A stretch of 64,000 bases of DNA from a virus (IMGVR_UViG_2654587772_000002), one strand, 5' to 3'; numbered from the stretch's first letter, positions 51,106 to 60,869 are shown. The notes: generated by a model not told the origin, from the sequence alone. Made by a program: numbers and translations.

Positions 51106-52094
51106 TGTCTGGACAATACATTCCCTATCACTTAAGGCATAATAAGTCTATTGATAGAGAGATTTTTCTCGAAAGCCTAAACCTCTTAAGCAAAAGACTA
51201 AATATTCAAGAATATACATATATAGGTTTTGGTGGTCCGATGCTTGAAGATTTTAGAATCATGCATAATCGTATCGCTCTTTCTGATATGATTTCTCTCG
51301 AAGAACAAGAGTCTACTCACATCAGACAAAAATATAATTTGCCTTATAATTGTATTGATTGTAAGCTAATATCAGCTCATGACTTTATTCTTGATTATAG
51401 TTTTTCTAAACCATCAATAACATGGTTAGACTATGCCTCCCCGAAAAAAATACAAACGGATCTAGATGATATACACTTACTAAGTACTAAAGTAAGCTCT
51501 TTTGATATTTTGAAGGTCACCTTCCCCATAAATCCTAGTTCTTATTACCAACGTAGAGTTGGAGAAAGTTTAGATATTTTTAAAGAAGCTTTTATTAATT
51601 CATTAAAATCATTGCTTGGGAAAAAGTATCTTGATTTTAATCTTCAGATATCAAATGCAGATCTTTCAGATCGTAAGATTAAAGCTCTTTTAATACGAAT
51701 TATTACAAACGCTTTTAGATCAGCAATAGAACGTGGTCTTTCAGGACGTAAGGATAAGATTCAGTATTACCCATTATCTTTAAATCAATATAATGATGGC
51801 AGTCATACCATGTTGACAATATCAGGTTTTTTCTCCTCAGAACAAGAATATATAGAGTTATCTAAGGCATGCGACCTTTCTAACTGGCAATTTTATTCAA
51901 CAAATTGGGAAGACGTGCAAGAAATAGCAATACCAACACTAACAATTAAAGAAAAGATAAATTTAGATAGTAAACTGCCTGATAAAGAAGCATATCAGGC
52001 AGCCGCTGAAGAGTTCTCTTTAAACGAAAATGAACGGGATAACTATTATAAATACTATAGGTTATACCCTAACTTCCAAAGAATTATGGTTTAA
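51105..52094 (+). CDS. Unknown protein (329 aa), translationally coupled to the GHKL ATPase
   Basis: Start overlaps the upstream stop (TGATG). No recognisable catalytic motif. Its 3' end overlaps the 3' end of the convergent methyltransferase by about 33 nt. Confidence 0.85.
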   Translation: MSGQYIPYHLRHNKSIDREIFLESLNLLSKRLNIQEYTYIGFGGPMLEDFRIMHNRIALSDMISLEEQESTHIRQKYNLPYNCIDCKLISAHDFILDYSFSKPSITWLDYASPKKIQTDLDDIHLLSTKVSSFDILKVTFPINPSSYYQRRVGESLDIFKEAFINSLKSLLGKKYLDFNLQISNADLSDRKIKALLIRIITNAFRSAIERGLSGRKDKIQYYPLSLNQYNDGSHTMLTISGFFSSEQEYIELSKACDLSNWQFYSTNWEDVQEIAIPTLTIKEKINLDSKLPDKEAYQAAAEEFSLNENERDNYYKYYRLYPNFQRIMV

Positions 52095-53213
52095 ATATTC
52101 GGGCTGTACTCTTTTATTTAATAAATTGTACAGCCCCTTTAATATATATTCAGCAACTATTGGTGACACGCTATTTCCTATTTGTCTGAAACTATGCCAT
52201 TTAGTTACATGAAAGCGAAACCAATCAGGGAAGCCTTGTAATCTAGCAGCTTCTCTTGGTGTAATCACTCTTGGATGATAAGGGTGGATCGGCCTGACGG
52301 CTTGAAAGCTTCCTTTATCTCTAGCGGTTCCCGCCCTTAAAGTCGGGCAAAAACCATTTGGATCTAATCTTGTAGATCTTGAAATTTTATCAGTTTCCCC
52401 AAAAGATAAGGAAGCATAACGCTCTTGGACGATTTTGCTATGTAATGTTCCGGTACATCCAGATATGATATTATTTTTTAACTTAGCGATCGATTCTGTA
52501 TCACCAACATTCCGAGGGATCTGCCCCCATAATTTTTCATAAAATCCCCCTTTTCGATCTTTTTTAATTGTTCGCCAACTCTCAGAGTCTGATTGCCAAT
52601 TGGCATCGATAATATCTGGTAATCCATACAAAGCATCTTTTACAGTAACCGGATCAATCATTTTAGGCATAAATACTTCATCTGAAATATCAAGCTTCAA
52701 TGATTTTTTTACACCGATAAAAAAATATCTAGTTCGAATAGTTGGAGCACCATAATCAGATGCTTTTACCTTGATGGGATCAAGAATATCATAATCACCG
52801 CTAACCAAATTAAATGCTTTATTTCTAATGCCAGAATATTTCTCTTGCATAATACCTGGAACATTTTCTGCCAAAAAGAATAATGGCTGTAATTCTGATA
52901 CTAAACGGTAGAAATGCATGTAAAGCTGATTCCTGCTATCATCAGGATTCCCCTTGCCTATTGAACTAAATCCTTGGCACGGAGGACCGCCAATAATACC
53001 ATCTATGGGCATATCGTTTTTAAAAAAACCCTTAATTATTTCTGCATTTAGTAAAGAAACATCTTCTTGGACGTGCAAACTTCTTGGAAAATTAATTGCG
53101 TGAGTATTAATAGCATGTTGATCAATTTCAACTGCCATTTTAACATCAAATCCAGCACGTGCAGCACCAAGACTTAGACCTCCAACGCCAGAAAACAAAT
53201 CTATTACATTCAT
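52062..53213 (-). CDS. DNA (cytosine-5)-methyltransferase, 383 aa
   Basis: Motif I DLFSGVGG, motif IV GGPPCQGFS, motif VI ENV, motif VIII Q.R.R-like. AT-rich. Confidence 0.95.
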   Translation of the reverse strand: MNVIDLFSGVGGLSLGAARAGFDVKMAVEIDQHAINTHAINFPRSLHVQEDVSLLNAEIIKGFFKNDMPIDGIIGGPPCQGFSSIGKGNPDDSRNQLYMHFYRLVSELQPLFFLAENVPGIMQEKYSGIRNKAFNLVSGDYDILDPIKVKASDYGAPTIRTRYFFIGVKKSLKLDISDEVFMPKMIDPVTVKDALYGLPDIIDANWQSDSESWRTIKKDRKGGFYEKLWGQIPRNVGDTESIAKLKNNIISGCTGTLHSKIVQERYASLSFGETDKISRSTRLDPNGFCPTLRAGTARDKGSFQAVRPIHPYHPRVITPREAARLQGFPDWFRFHVTKWHSFRQIGNSVSPIVAEYILKGLYNLLNKRVQPEYLNHNSLEVRV

Positions 53214-53475
53214 ATAGTTGCAACGTCTCTTATTAGTTTCTATGTATTATAACACAACTGTTCTTGATGTTTTAACCCCATAAGATAACCTCATAAAGGC
53301 TATCCCTTGAAAATACCGGATCGCATAAATTTAATCTTTCAAAACTACTTGTCTATTAATCGAGCAATTTAAGGTTTTTTTAGTCATGTCGATACCGACA
53401 TAGTTAACTAAACCCATTTCATCGTCCAACAAATGGGGGTAATACACTTTGATTTATAGTCGGGTGGGTTTTTCT

Positions 53476-53511
53476 CTATCTGCCTTTGGTGTTCATGCCC
53501 AAGGCAGATAG
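53476..53511. repeat. Inverted repeat (11-bp stem, 14-nt loop) upstream of the methyltransferase gene (approximate position)
   Basis: CTATCTGCCTT...AAGGCAGATAG. No flanking T-run on either strand. Confidence 0.5.
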
Positions 53512-53644
53512 CCTCAAGCACCCGCAGCAATTCTACTTAACTATCCTTTTCCCGCAAATCGTTTTTATCCCCAGCGGCAAATCGAATACACAACCAGCGC
53601 CACCGCCATCGCAATTCCTACCGTTGTGAATGCTTCAGTCCAGG

Positions 53645-53902
53645 TCATCGTGAAACATCCTCCACGCTTATAAGTCCGCTTCGCTCCAGGTAGTCCATCA
53701 CTTTATCCGGCAATTTGCAGCCCGGTTTCGCTTTCTTCAGTTGACTAACCAATTGTTTAACCAGCATTGTCAATTCGCGAACTTGTTTCCCGGGCTCCCC
53801 TTTGCCCTGAAGCAGGGCAGCGCGGCAAGCGTTCCATCCCTCAGCATATGTTTCAGTTACACCATCGAGATGGCATGTAAGCAAATCCATTTCTTCCGGC
53901 AC
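53645..53902 (-). CDS. Hypothetical protein (85 aa)
   Basis: ORF track only. Confidence 0.45.
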   Translation of the reverse strand: MPEEMDLLTCHLDGVTETYAEGWNACRAALLQGKGEPGKQVRELTMLVKQLVSQLKKAKPGCKLPDKVMDYLERSGLISVEDVSR

Positions 53903-54308
53903 TACTGGCGCTGGAAAAACGGCATAGGGTGGCGTCCATTTTGGCGCTTTATCTCCAGCCGAACGCTGCTACCAGTCATCCGGTTTGTATTCATAAAAAT
54001 CACCAACTGGCTCTGCTTCCAGCGATGCCAGAGCAATTTTGAATAATTCGCCCTCTACCCGTGCCATCCCTGAATTGGGGTGGCATTTCTCAATCGCTAT
54101 TTTTAATTTAGCTTCTTCGATTAATTGCTTTTTGGTTAATTCAGTCATTTTTCATTACCGCCCTTTCGGGCCGCCTCCTAATATTTTGAGGGTGCAGCCC
54201 CCCCTCCGGTTAAGGATTAAATTTTATTTACAGTGCTAAATTTAATTATTCAGATTTGGATTATGATTTCTCTTTCAGTTCACGCAGTTCCCTGATTGTT
54301 AATTTGGC

Positions 54309-54746
54309 TCACAACAGCACATCCTGAAAATTACCCTGATAGAACGCCAGTACACGCTGCATGACTTCGCTCTTCCGGCACTCGCGACAGATTATATTCA
54401 GACGCCTGTCATAGCGGCGTATTTCTCCGTCTGGTAATGACCAGATAAGGTCCGGATCAACTACAGCAGGTTTCTTCACCTTTGCCCTCGATAGTTTTTT
54501 GCGGGCGTTTTGCCAGTCTTTACGCGCCTGTTCAGACGGGAATAACCCGTAACCAGAGTTGTATACATCGCCACTGGCAACCAGCTCACTGGCGAGAACA
54601 CTCATCAGATATCTTGTCGCACCTGTCTTGGCTTCCAGTTGCCGTAACGTCTCGCGACCGCTCAGACGTACAAGTTCAACAACCTGCCCTTTAATTTTTT
54701 CCCGCTCTTCTGGTGTAAATACTTTTGCCATAAGCGCCTCCGGCAA
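54309..54746 (-). CDS. Hypothetical phage protein (145 aa)
   Basis: ORF track. Starts at the stop of the upstream gene. C-terminal CRECRK motif. Confidence 0.55.
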   Translation of the reverse strand: MPEALMAKVFTPEEREKIKGQVVELVRLSGRETLRQLEAKTGATRYLMSVLASELVASGDVYNSGYGLFPSEQARKDWQNARKKLSRAKVKKPAVVDPDLIWSLPDGEIRRYDRRLNIICRECRKSEVMQRVLAFYQGNFQDVLL

Positions 54747-55508
54747 TCACTTTTCCGATGCAACACAGCGAGAAGAATCAGTAATCTGTCGAACAATATC
54801 CCGGTGCTTGTTCAGCTCCCGCAGCGCGGCGCAGACACGCTCCCACTTCTGGACATGATTTTTCGCCCGACGCAGTTCGCGGTTTGCCATATGCAGCGAT
54901 GGCAGAACGAGGTCATCCGCTCGCGTTTCGGTAAACGATGGCAACGACTGCACAATGTCCGCCACAGTTTCTGTTTTAATATCTTCCTGTGTTGCAGCTT
55001 CCTGTCCCGGTAACGCAACACCTGCTGGTTGAGGAAAGGCTTTACCATCAGTTTCCGTTACCGATGCAGCTTTCGGCTCTGCTGGTAAATTATCGCCCGG
55101 CATGCAGTAACGAAATTTACCGTTCTGATTAACGCGAATCAGACGACCTTTACTGATTGCCATTGCCAGCGTTGAAGCCACTTTGCGTGATGTGATGCCG
55201 AAAAACGTAGCCAGTTCATCCGCCGTTTGTGGGCCACGTTGTTCAATCGTCGCAGTTAAATCGCACTCCGAAATTTTTGCGACTGTTGCCGTGGTGGTTT
55301 CTTCCGGCAGTTCTGCCTGCTCTGGCTGTTCCTGCTGAACGTTGTTATCAGCCACGCGCCAGGTGTATACGCTTTTATCAACGAAGCCAGCCTTTTTCAG
55401 TTCCCACAGCTCGTTCAGCACTTCTTCACGACTGATATCAAGTCGCGCAGCCAGTTCTACCGACGTAGCTTTCCCCATTGCTTTCAGTGCGTCAAAAACA
55501 GTCTCCAT
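54747..55508 (-). CDS. Winged-helix protein (DUF1627/YdaW-like)
   Basis: Start set at Met18 by codon arithmetic. N-terminal winged-helix-like segment ([30 protein letters not shown]). Confidence 0.6.
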   Translation of the reverse strand: METVFDALKAMGKATSVELAARLDISREEVLNELWELKKAGFVDKSVYTWRVADNNVQQEQPEQAELPEETTTATVAKISECDLTATIEQRGPQTADELATFFGITSRKVASTLAMAISKGRLIRVNQNGKFRYCMPGDNLPAEPKAASVTETDGKAFPQPAGVALPGQEAATQEDIKTETVADIVQSLPSFTETRADDLVLPSLHMANRELRRAKNHVQKWERVCAALRELNKHRDIVRQITDSSRCVASEK

Positions 55509-55530
55509 TAAATTTTTCTCCCGGTAAAAA

Positions 55531-56277
55531 CTACTTCGCAATTCCTGGCTGGACGACATTCGGACGCCAGCTCTCCCAGTTAAAATTCACCCATCGCCCG
55601 CCGTTCATGGTCATGCGATCCATAATCCGCTCGCCGAGCAATGTTTTCATGGCCTCATAGTTCAGGTTTGTCAGCATTCCCACGCTACGCATCGACGCTG
55701 TCCGTCGATCAATAATCTGGTGCAGTACCACCTGCTCGTTTTTCGTCTCGCGCTGAATGCCAATTTCATCAAGAACCAGCAGATCCACTTCGCACAGTTC
55801 CCGCAAAAATTTTTCGCCTGACTGCCCGTCGTCATAGCTGGCGTGGAGGGCACTCATAACATCAGCCACGGTAACCACAATCACTGTCTGACCGTCTTTC
55901 AGCAGGCGATTCCCGATAGCTGCCGCTAAGTGATTCTTCCCGGTACCAGGTTTTCCGCTGAACGCAAAATTTGTACACCCGGTCATCAGTTCATCAGCGA
56001 TGGATTTCGCCTGACTCAACGCGTATCGCTGCCCTTCGTTCTGCACCTGGTAATTCGAAAACGAGCATTTGCGGTGCAATGGCTGGATGCCAGAGCGATT
56101 CAGAATTTTTTCCACCCGCAACTGACGATTCTGACGGTTGATCTCCTCACAACGTTTCTGGCCTTCGGAAAGTTGCCACTCGCGCCACTCCGCTACCGTC
56201 TTGAATGGCGCGGTTACATGTGACGGGGCCAGTCTGCGGATACGTTCAAGAACGTCGCCTGTCGCAATATTTTTCAT
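55531..56277 (-). CDS. ydaV: DnaC-like helicase loader (AAA+ ATPase), YdaV-like
   Basis: Walker [16 protein letters not shown]; Walker B LLVLDEIG. 248 aa. Confidence 0.85.
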   Translation of the reverse strand: MKNIATGDVLERIRRLAPSHVTAPFKTVAEWREWQLSEGQKRCEEINRQNRQLRVEKILNRSGIQPLHRKCSFSNYQVQNEGQRYALSQAKSIADELMTGCTNFAFSGKPGTGKNHLAAAIGNRLLKDGQTVIVVTVADVMSALHASYDDGQSGEKFLRELCEVDLLVLDEIGIQRETKNEQVVLHQIIDRRTASMRSVGMLTNLNYEAMKTLLGERIMDRMTMNGGRWVNFNWESWRPNVVQPGIAK

Positions 56278-56283
56278 GGTCAG

Positions 56284-57072
56284 TTACCCCCTGAAGCCTG
56301 GCGGGATCGCACTATCCGGTAACGAGACGGTGTTAACCTGTCGGAGTAACGTCTCAGGTCGAACACCTTTCGGCGCGAACAAGCCCTGGTATTCGTTGGC
56401 GATGCTGTGTCGAATCACCTGCTCAGGTGAAAAACCCTGCTGGCGGAATTTTTCCAGCTCCCGTATCGCCCCGTTAGCGCCCTGCTCCGTTCGAATCGGT
56501 TTTCGCAATGCCTGCCTGAACTGAACCCACTCATGCCAGAGTGTTTCCGGCAACCAGTCAGGCAGCTCGATAGCCTCCGGTTCGAATTTTTTAGACGCTC
56601 GTTTTTGGCGAGGGGGATTTAGGGGGAGATAAGTATTTATATCTTCCTCTTTCTCTTCCTCTGGTAACGCTTTTTGATCCGTTTTTGTAACGCTGGCAGC
56701 GTTACCTTTTCGTTTCAGTTCTCGTATTTTTGTTACTCTCTCGTTTGTAACCGCCCGTTTTTTAGAGCTTTTCCCGTTATGGCGCTCAAAGTTAGGAAGC
56801 GACAACACACCATTAGTTTCGACCAGCCATCCAACCTGAATTAACGCATCAGCAAAACCAGCCATAAAAGTGATGCGATCTATTGCACTTTTTGTAACGC
56901 CGCGAGCGTTACACTCTGCGTTACCGTCTATCATTTGTTGATCCGCCCATGCCCAGAAGCGAATGACTTTCCCTAATGCGGCATCTGGATCAATATTCAG
57001 AATCTCAGCAAGCCTGAATATTTCCGGCTTATCCGGCGTAATAACTTCGAGCTTTATCCAGTTTGAAGCCAT
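56284..57072 (-). CDS. Replication initiation protein (YdaU-like; functional analogue of phage O / DnaT-type organiser)
   Basis: Position immediately upstream of the DnaC-like loader. Basic central linker. 262 aa. Confidence 0.65.
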   Translation of the reverse strand: MASNWIKLEVITPDKPEIFRLAEILNIDPDAALGKVIRFWAWADQQMIDGNAECNARGVTKSAIDRITFMAGFADALIQVGWLVETNGVLSLPNFERHNGKSSKKRAVTNERVTKIRELKRKGNAASVTKTDQKALPEEEKEEDINTYLPLNPPRQKRASKKFEPEAIELPDWLPETLWHEWVQFRQALRKPIRTEQGANGAIRELEKFRQQGFSPEQVIRHSIANEYQGLFAPKGVRPETLLRQVNTVSLPDSAIPPGFRG

Positions 57073-57149
57073 TTGTTTTCACCTTGTAACGCTCGCAGCG
57101 TTACATTTAACTGATACCGAACAAAACAGTTCGGTACGATTAATTTCAA

Positions 57150-57572
57150 TCAATGCACTACGACAGAATCGCTAGGAGAACCGCCGCCGCTGAAATGCGC
57201 TTTCCGGTAAACGGCTTGGACTGCATCATCATGCGCATCAATTGCCGTACTTAACGCTTCCTGCGCCGCCAGTAATGCACGGCGTTCCAGGGTATCGAAG
57301 ATGCAGAGTCGGTGACGCAGCTCGCGCGGAAGGATTGCCAGAATTGCTGGGATCAGCTTCTGAATTTTTTCCCTTTGCGCATTCGTTTCACCTTTCAACC
57401 AACGGTGATAGATATTCTGCTGATTGTTCCAGTCCTTGCCTGGAACCAGGGGCAATTCGCCGCCCCCCTGGCGCAGATATTCTTCAGTAATTGCATTGGC
57501 TACCCATGCCTGCCTTTTTTCGGCTGCCAGGGCAAACAACACCGATTCGATGTGCTCATGCTTGATTTTCAT
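57150..57572 (-). CDS. ydaT: YdaT-like regulatory protein (CII-position gene), 140 aa
   Basis: Position second in the rightward early operon after the Cro-like gene. Size equals Rac YdaT as recalled. Confidence 0.6.
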   Translation of the reverse strand: MKIKHEHIESVLFALAAEKRQAWVANAITEEYLRQGGGELPLVPGKDWNNQQNIYHRWLKGETNAQREKIQKLIPAILAILPRELRHRLCIFDTLERRALLAAQEALSTAIDAHDDAVQAVYRKAHFSGGGSPSDSVVVH

Positions 57573-57594
57573 GAATCATTTGCCTCTTGATGTT

Positions 57595-57891
57595 TCAGGT
57601 ATGATCAAATGAGGATTTGTTACTGTCATTTAGTTGCTTCACTGACATATTCTGCGAACAACATGCCGAACGTCGTAAATATGACCAGTCAATATCAGGA
57701 CGAAGTTCTTCGCACAGCACCTCACCTCTTGTTGCACGTTCAATTGCTGGACATCTCTCGGCAGGCAATTGACGTACCCCTTTGATCCATTGATTTACGC
57801 TTGGAGGTGATACACCTAAAAGCCTAGCCATTGCTGTTTGCCCACCGACAACAGCACAAGCTTGCTTGAATGAATAGTTCTCTTTTTTCAT
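57595..57891 (-). CDS. ydaS: Cro-like HTH regulator (YdaS-like), 98 aa
   Basis: HTH QTAMARLLGVSPPSVNQWIKG. Divergent from the repressor gene across an operator-rich 123-bp intergenic region. Confidence 0.75.
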   Translation of the reverse strand: MKKENYSFKQACAVVGGQTAMARLLGVSPPSVNQWIKGVRQLPAERCPAIERATRGEVLCEELRPDIDWSYLRRSACCSQNMSVKQLNDSNKSSFDHT

Positions 57892-57917
57892 CGAATGAAC
57901 TCCAAAAACACACAGAG

Positions 57918-57987
57918 ATATTAGGCGACGCCTAATACAAATGTCAATAGGCTATGCCTAATACAATGAGAGTAGGGATTGCCTAAT
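57918..57987. promoter_or_regulatory. OR-like operator array: three 17-bp sites of the form ATTAGGC-N3-GCCTAAT spaced about 25 bp apart, overlapping a divergent TTGACA/TAATAT promoter (approximate positions)
   Basis: ATTAGGCgacGCCTAAT (perfect), AATAGGCtatGCCTAAT, AGTAGGGattGCCTAAT. On the minus strand TTGACA-18-TAATAT faces the Cro-like gene. Confidence 0.6.
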
Positions 57988-58014
57988 GCAATGAGCATAG
58001 GAGAATATTAAGCA

Positions 58015-58491
58015 ATGCTTAGTGGTAAAGACTTAGGCCGAGCGATAGAGCAGGCCATTAACAAAAAAATCGCATCGGGATCCGTCAAATCAAAGGCGGA
58101 GGTCGCACGCCACTTCAAAGTCCAACCACCATCAATCTATGACTGGATTAAGAAAGGCTCCATAAGTAAAGATAAACTTCCAGAATTATGGCGTTTCTTT
58201 GCTGATGTTGTTGGTCCAGAGCATTGGGGGCTTAACGAATACCCCATACCAACCCCCACCAATCCAGATACAAAAAGTGAACTTTTAGATATAAACAACC
58301 TTTATCAAGCAGCCTCTGATGAAATAAGAGCGATTGTAGCTTTCCTGTTATCTGGAAATGCTACAGAACCAGATTGGGTTGACCACGATGTTCGCGCCTA
58401 CATAGCAGCGATGGAAATGAAAGTGGGTAAGTATCTGAAAGCTCTAGAATCTGAACGGAAAAGCCAGAACATCACAAAAACTGGAACTTAA
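58015..58491 (+). CDS. racR: Prophage repressor (RacR-like, cI-position), 158 aa
   Basis: N-terminal HTH (KSKAEVARHFKVQPPSIYDWIKKG). Divergent from the Cro-like gene. Size equals Rac RacR as recalled. Confidence 0.75.
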   Translation: MLSGKDLGRAIEQAINKKIASGSVKSKAEVARHFKVQPPSIYDWIKKGSISKDKLPELWRFFADVVGPEHWGLNEYPIPTPTNPDTKSELLDINNLYQAASDEIRAIVAFLLSGNATEPDWVDHDVRAYIAAMEMKVGKYLKALESERKSQNITKTGT

Positions 58492-58564
58492 ACTTATATG
58501 GTCTGACGGAAAACTCCTGGATTCCGTTATTTAACCCCCCCATCACTTTCTCCAGTCGCCATCA

Positions 58565-58631
58565 CCTATTAGGTTACGCTTAAAACATTAGGCATAGCCT
58601 ATTGACAATCAATTAGGCATTACCTATAGTT
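58565..58631 (+). promoter_or_regulatory. OL-like operator half-sites overlapping a near-consensus plus-strand promoter (TTGACA-17-TATAGT) downstream of the repressor gene (approximate positions)
   Basis: ATTAGGCatAGCCTATT and AATTAGGCATT elements share the ATTAGGC half-site seen in the OR-like array. TTGACAatcaattaggcattaccTATAGT. Confidence 0.5.
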
Positions 58632-58799
58632 CCAGCATACCACCCACCCCGCCCCACAGAACGCCAGGCAATACTTCGAGTTACCAGGTAGTGGTCAGGG
58701 GTTAAGTAGCCAGCCCGAGGCGTATGAACATGACGGCGGGATTCAAATTTTGCAGTGCAGCAGTTAGTTCCGCCACCCGGCGTTAAGGGGATAGATAAG

Positions 58800-58934
58800 A
58801 TGGTGCATTACGAAGTAGTTCAGTATTTGATGGATTGTTGCGGTATCACTTACAACCAGGCTGTGCAGGCTTTACGCAGCAACGACTGGGATCTCTGGCA
58901 GGCAGAAGTCGCTATACGTAGCAACAAGATGTGA
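58800..58934 (+). CDS. Small protein, 44 aa (YdaG-sized)
   Basis: My own translation (MVHYEVVQYLMDCCGITYNQAVQALRSNDWDLWQAEVAIRSNKM); RBS AAGGGG. Below the ORF-track size cutoff. Confidence 0.45.
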   Translation: MVHYEVVQYLMDCCGITYNQAVQALRSNDWDLWQAEVAIRSNKM

Positions 58935-58944
58935 GATTCGCAAA

Positions 58945-59100
58945 ATGCAAAAAATCGACCTCGGCAACAACGAATCCCTGGTGTGCGGCGTGTTCCCCAA
59001 CCAGGATGGAACGTTCACTGCCATGACGTATACCAAAAGCAAAACATTTAAAACCGAAACTGGTGCGCGCCGATGGTTGGAGAAGCACACAGTAAGCTAA
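58945..59100 (+). CDS. Small protein, 51 aa (YdaF-sized)
   Basis: My own translation (MQKIDLGNNESLVCGVFPNQDGTFTAMTYTKSKTFKTETGARRWLEKHTVS). Below the ORF-track size cutoff. Confidence 0.45.
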   Translation: MQKIDLGNNESLVCGVFPNQDGTFTAMTYTKSKTFKTETGARRWLEKHTVS

Positions 59101-59585
59101 CGATTAAAACGTCTACTCCTGCTGTTCCAGAATAACTTCATAAAATGGGAGTATTTTTCGGTGACGAGATAATAAGAACAGTTTGCGCTATCACTCTGAT
59201 GTTGAATGATGCCCTTCCGTTCTAATTTTTTCATAACCGGGTTACGGCAAGGAGAAGTGATAATAAGATTTCCTGTTTTAAGGAAATCTTTAAATACAGC
59301 GATTTCTTTCTCAGATAAACGAAGCAATACTCGTTGCTCTGGTAGTAATGAATAATGCTTTTGAATATGTGCTCGCAATCTTGAGAAGGAAATGGCGACC
59401 ACGAAAGAAAAGGCAAAAACGATAATCTGAAAGAGCCAAGGTATTTCAGTATAAGCATTGAATGCGACAGTAAACTCTTTCGGTATCAGCCAGAGAGTGA
59501 GACCAAAAATGATAATCGTATACATAAGTCTTTCGAGTGGCTCGTTAGCAAAAAGTTTCAACAATGGAGTAAATACATCCAACAT
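59097..59585 (-). CDS. sieB: Two-TM membrane protein, SieB-like superinfection exclusion protein (162 aa from the internal Met)
   Basis: Start set at Met42 by codon arithmetic. TM segments YTIIIFGLTLWLI and WLFQIIVFAFSFVVAISF. Opposite orientation to its neighbours, as sieB is in Rac. Size matches. Confidence 0.55.
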   Translation of the reverse strand: MLDVFTPLLKLFANEPLERLMYTIIIFGLTLWLIPKEFTVAFNAYTEIPWLFQIIVFAFSFVVAISFSRLRAHIQKHYSLLPEQRVLLRLSEKEIAVFKDFLKTGNLIITSPCRNPVMKKLERKGIIQHQSDSANCSYYLVTEKYSHFMKLFWNSRSRRFNR

Positions 59586-60026
59586 ATCAATAACTCTCAA
59601 CTGTAAGGGTATTGAAATGTTAACACAAGCTCTCGCTGTAGGGGTATAGCCGAGACCACCGAAGCCCGGAGGTGGTGAAATAAAACCGGGCACAACACGA
59701 AGGCGCATTTCCGATATCCATAAAGAGTCGGTCTTGTCTGTTAAATTTAAATGGTGGGAGTGCGCCTCCGGTTGTAAATAACGACATTGCTGTGTGTAGT
59801 CCTGGCGGCATCAGTTTTTTTCTTGAAGTTCGGCTGATGTCCGCCCTTTTTAAAGTGAATTTTGTGATGCGGTGAATGCGGCTAAGCGCACGTGGCACAG
59901 TTAAAAGTCATGTTTGTCCTTATTGGTTTGGGTGGGAAAGCCGACTGTAATTGTTAACTGGTTGCAGTCACCTGGAGGCACCAGGCACCGCATCAACAAA
60001 GTTCATTTGTAAAAATGGAGATAATT

Positions 60027-60248
60027 ATGATTGCACATCACTTCGGAACTGATGAAATACCACGTCAGTGTGTGACTCCTGGCGATTATGTTCTTCATGA
60101 AGGCCGGACATATATTGCCTCGGCAAACAATATTAAAAAGCGAAAACTATATATTCGTAACCTGACCACAAAAACATGCATTACTGACCGCATGATTAAA
60201 GTCTTCCTCGGTCGTGATGGTTTACCTGTAAAGGCGGAGTCATGGTGA
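60027..60248 (+). CDS. kilR: KilR-like protein (73 aa)
   Basis: Start set at Met5 by codon arithmetic. Size and position equal Rac KilR as recalled. Confidence 0.55.
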   Translation: MIAHHFGTDEIPRQCVTPGDYVLHEGRTYIASANNIKKRKLYIRNLTTKTCITDRMIKVFLGRDGLPVKAESW

Positions 60249-60418
60249 TGACTAAGAAAATAAAATGTGCTTACCACCTTTGCAAAAAAGACGTTGAAGA
60301 AAGCAAAGCTATTGAAAGAATGCTTCACTTCATGCACGGGATTTTATCAAAAGACGAACCGAGAAAATATTGCAGTGAAGCTTGTGCCGAAAAAGACCAG
60401 ATGGCACATGAACTTTAA
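60248..60418 (+). CDS. ydaE: Small Cys-rich protein, 56 aa (YdaE-like)
   Basis: My own translation; start overlaps the upstream stop (TGATGA). Cys pattern C....C and C...C. Confidence 0.5.
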   Translation: MTKKIKCAYHLCKKDVEESKAIERMLHFMHGILSKDEPRKYCSEACAEKDQMAHEL

Positions 60419-60492
60419 TTAATTGACTATTCGAAACTGAATTTATGCCAGAAATGGCAGGTATTCGCTCAACCTTAATTAAGGAGAAAAAC

Positions 60493-60768
60493 ATGATTAC
60501 CAATTATGAAGCCACTGTTGTAACTACCGATGACATTGTTCACGAGGTGAATCTGGAAGGAAAGCGCATTGGCTACGTAATTAAAACAGAAAATAAAGAA
60601 ACCCCATTCACTGTGGTTGATATCGATGGTCCATCAGGCAACGTAAAAACACTTGATGAAGGTGTCAAAAAAATGTGCCTGGTGCATATCGGAAAGAATC
60701 TGCCCACAGAAAAAAAAGCCGAATTTCTGGCAACTCTAATTGCAATGAAATTAAAAGGTGAAATCTGA
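60493..60768 (+). CDS. racC: RacC-like protein (91 aa)
   Basis: Start set at Met17, which is preceded by a strong RBS (AAGGAG). Size and position equal Rac RacC as recalled. Confidence 0.6.
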   Translation: MITNYEATVVTTDDIVHEVNLEGKRIGYVIKTENKETPFTVVDIDGPSGNVKTLDEGVKKMCLVHIGKNLPTEKKAEFLATLIAMKLKGEI

Positions 60769-60869
60769 AAGAAATAGCCTGCGTATGGCGCAGGCTATGA
60801 ACAGTGTGTATCCGGCAAGATCATTCACTGAACAAAACGAATTTTAATCTGAGTTGAGGTTAAAAAACA

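Noticed and set aside
53969-54148. Possible 59-codon minus-strand ORF between the 85-aa and 145-aa hypothetical genes
   Set aside because: It is below the ORF-track threshold, and my nucleotide-level reading in this area is not reliable enough to call it. Left unannotated.
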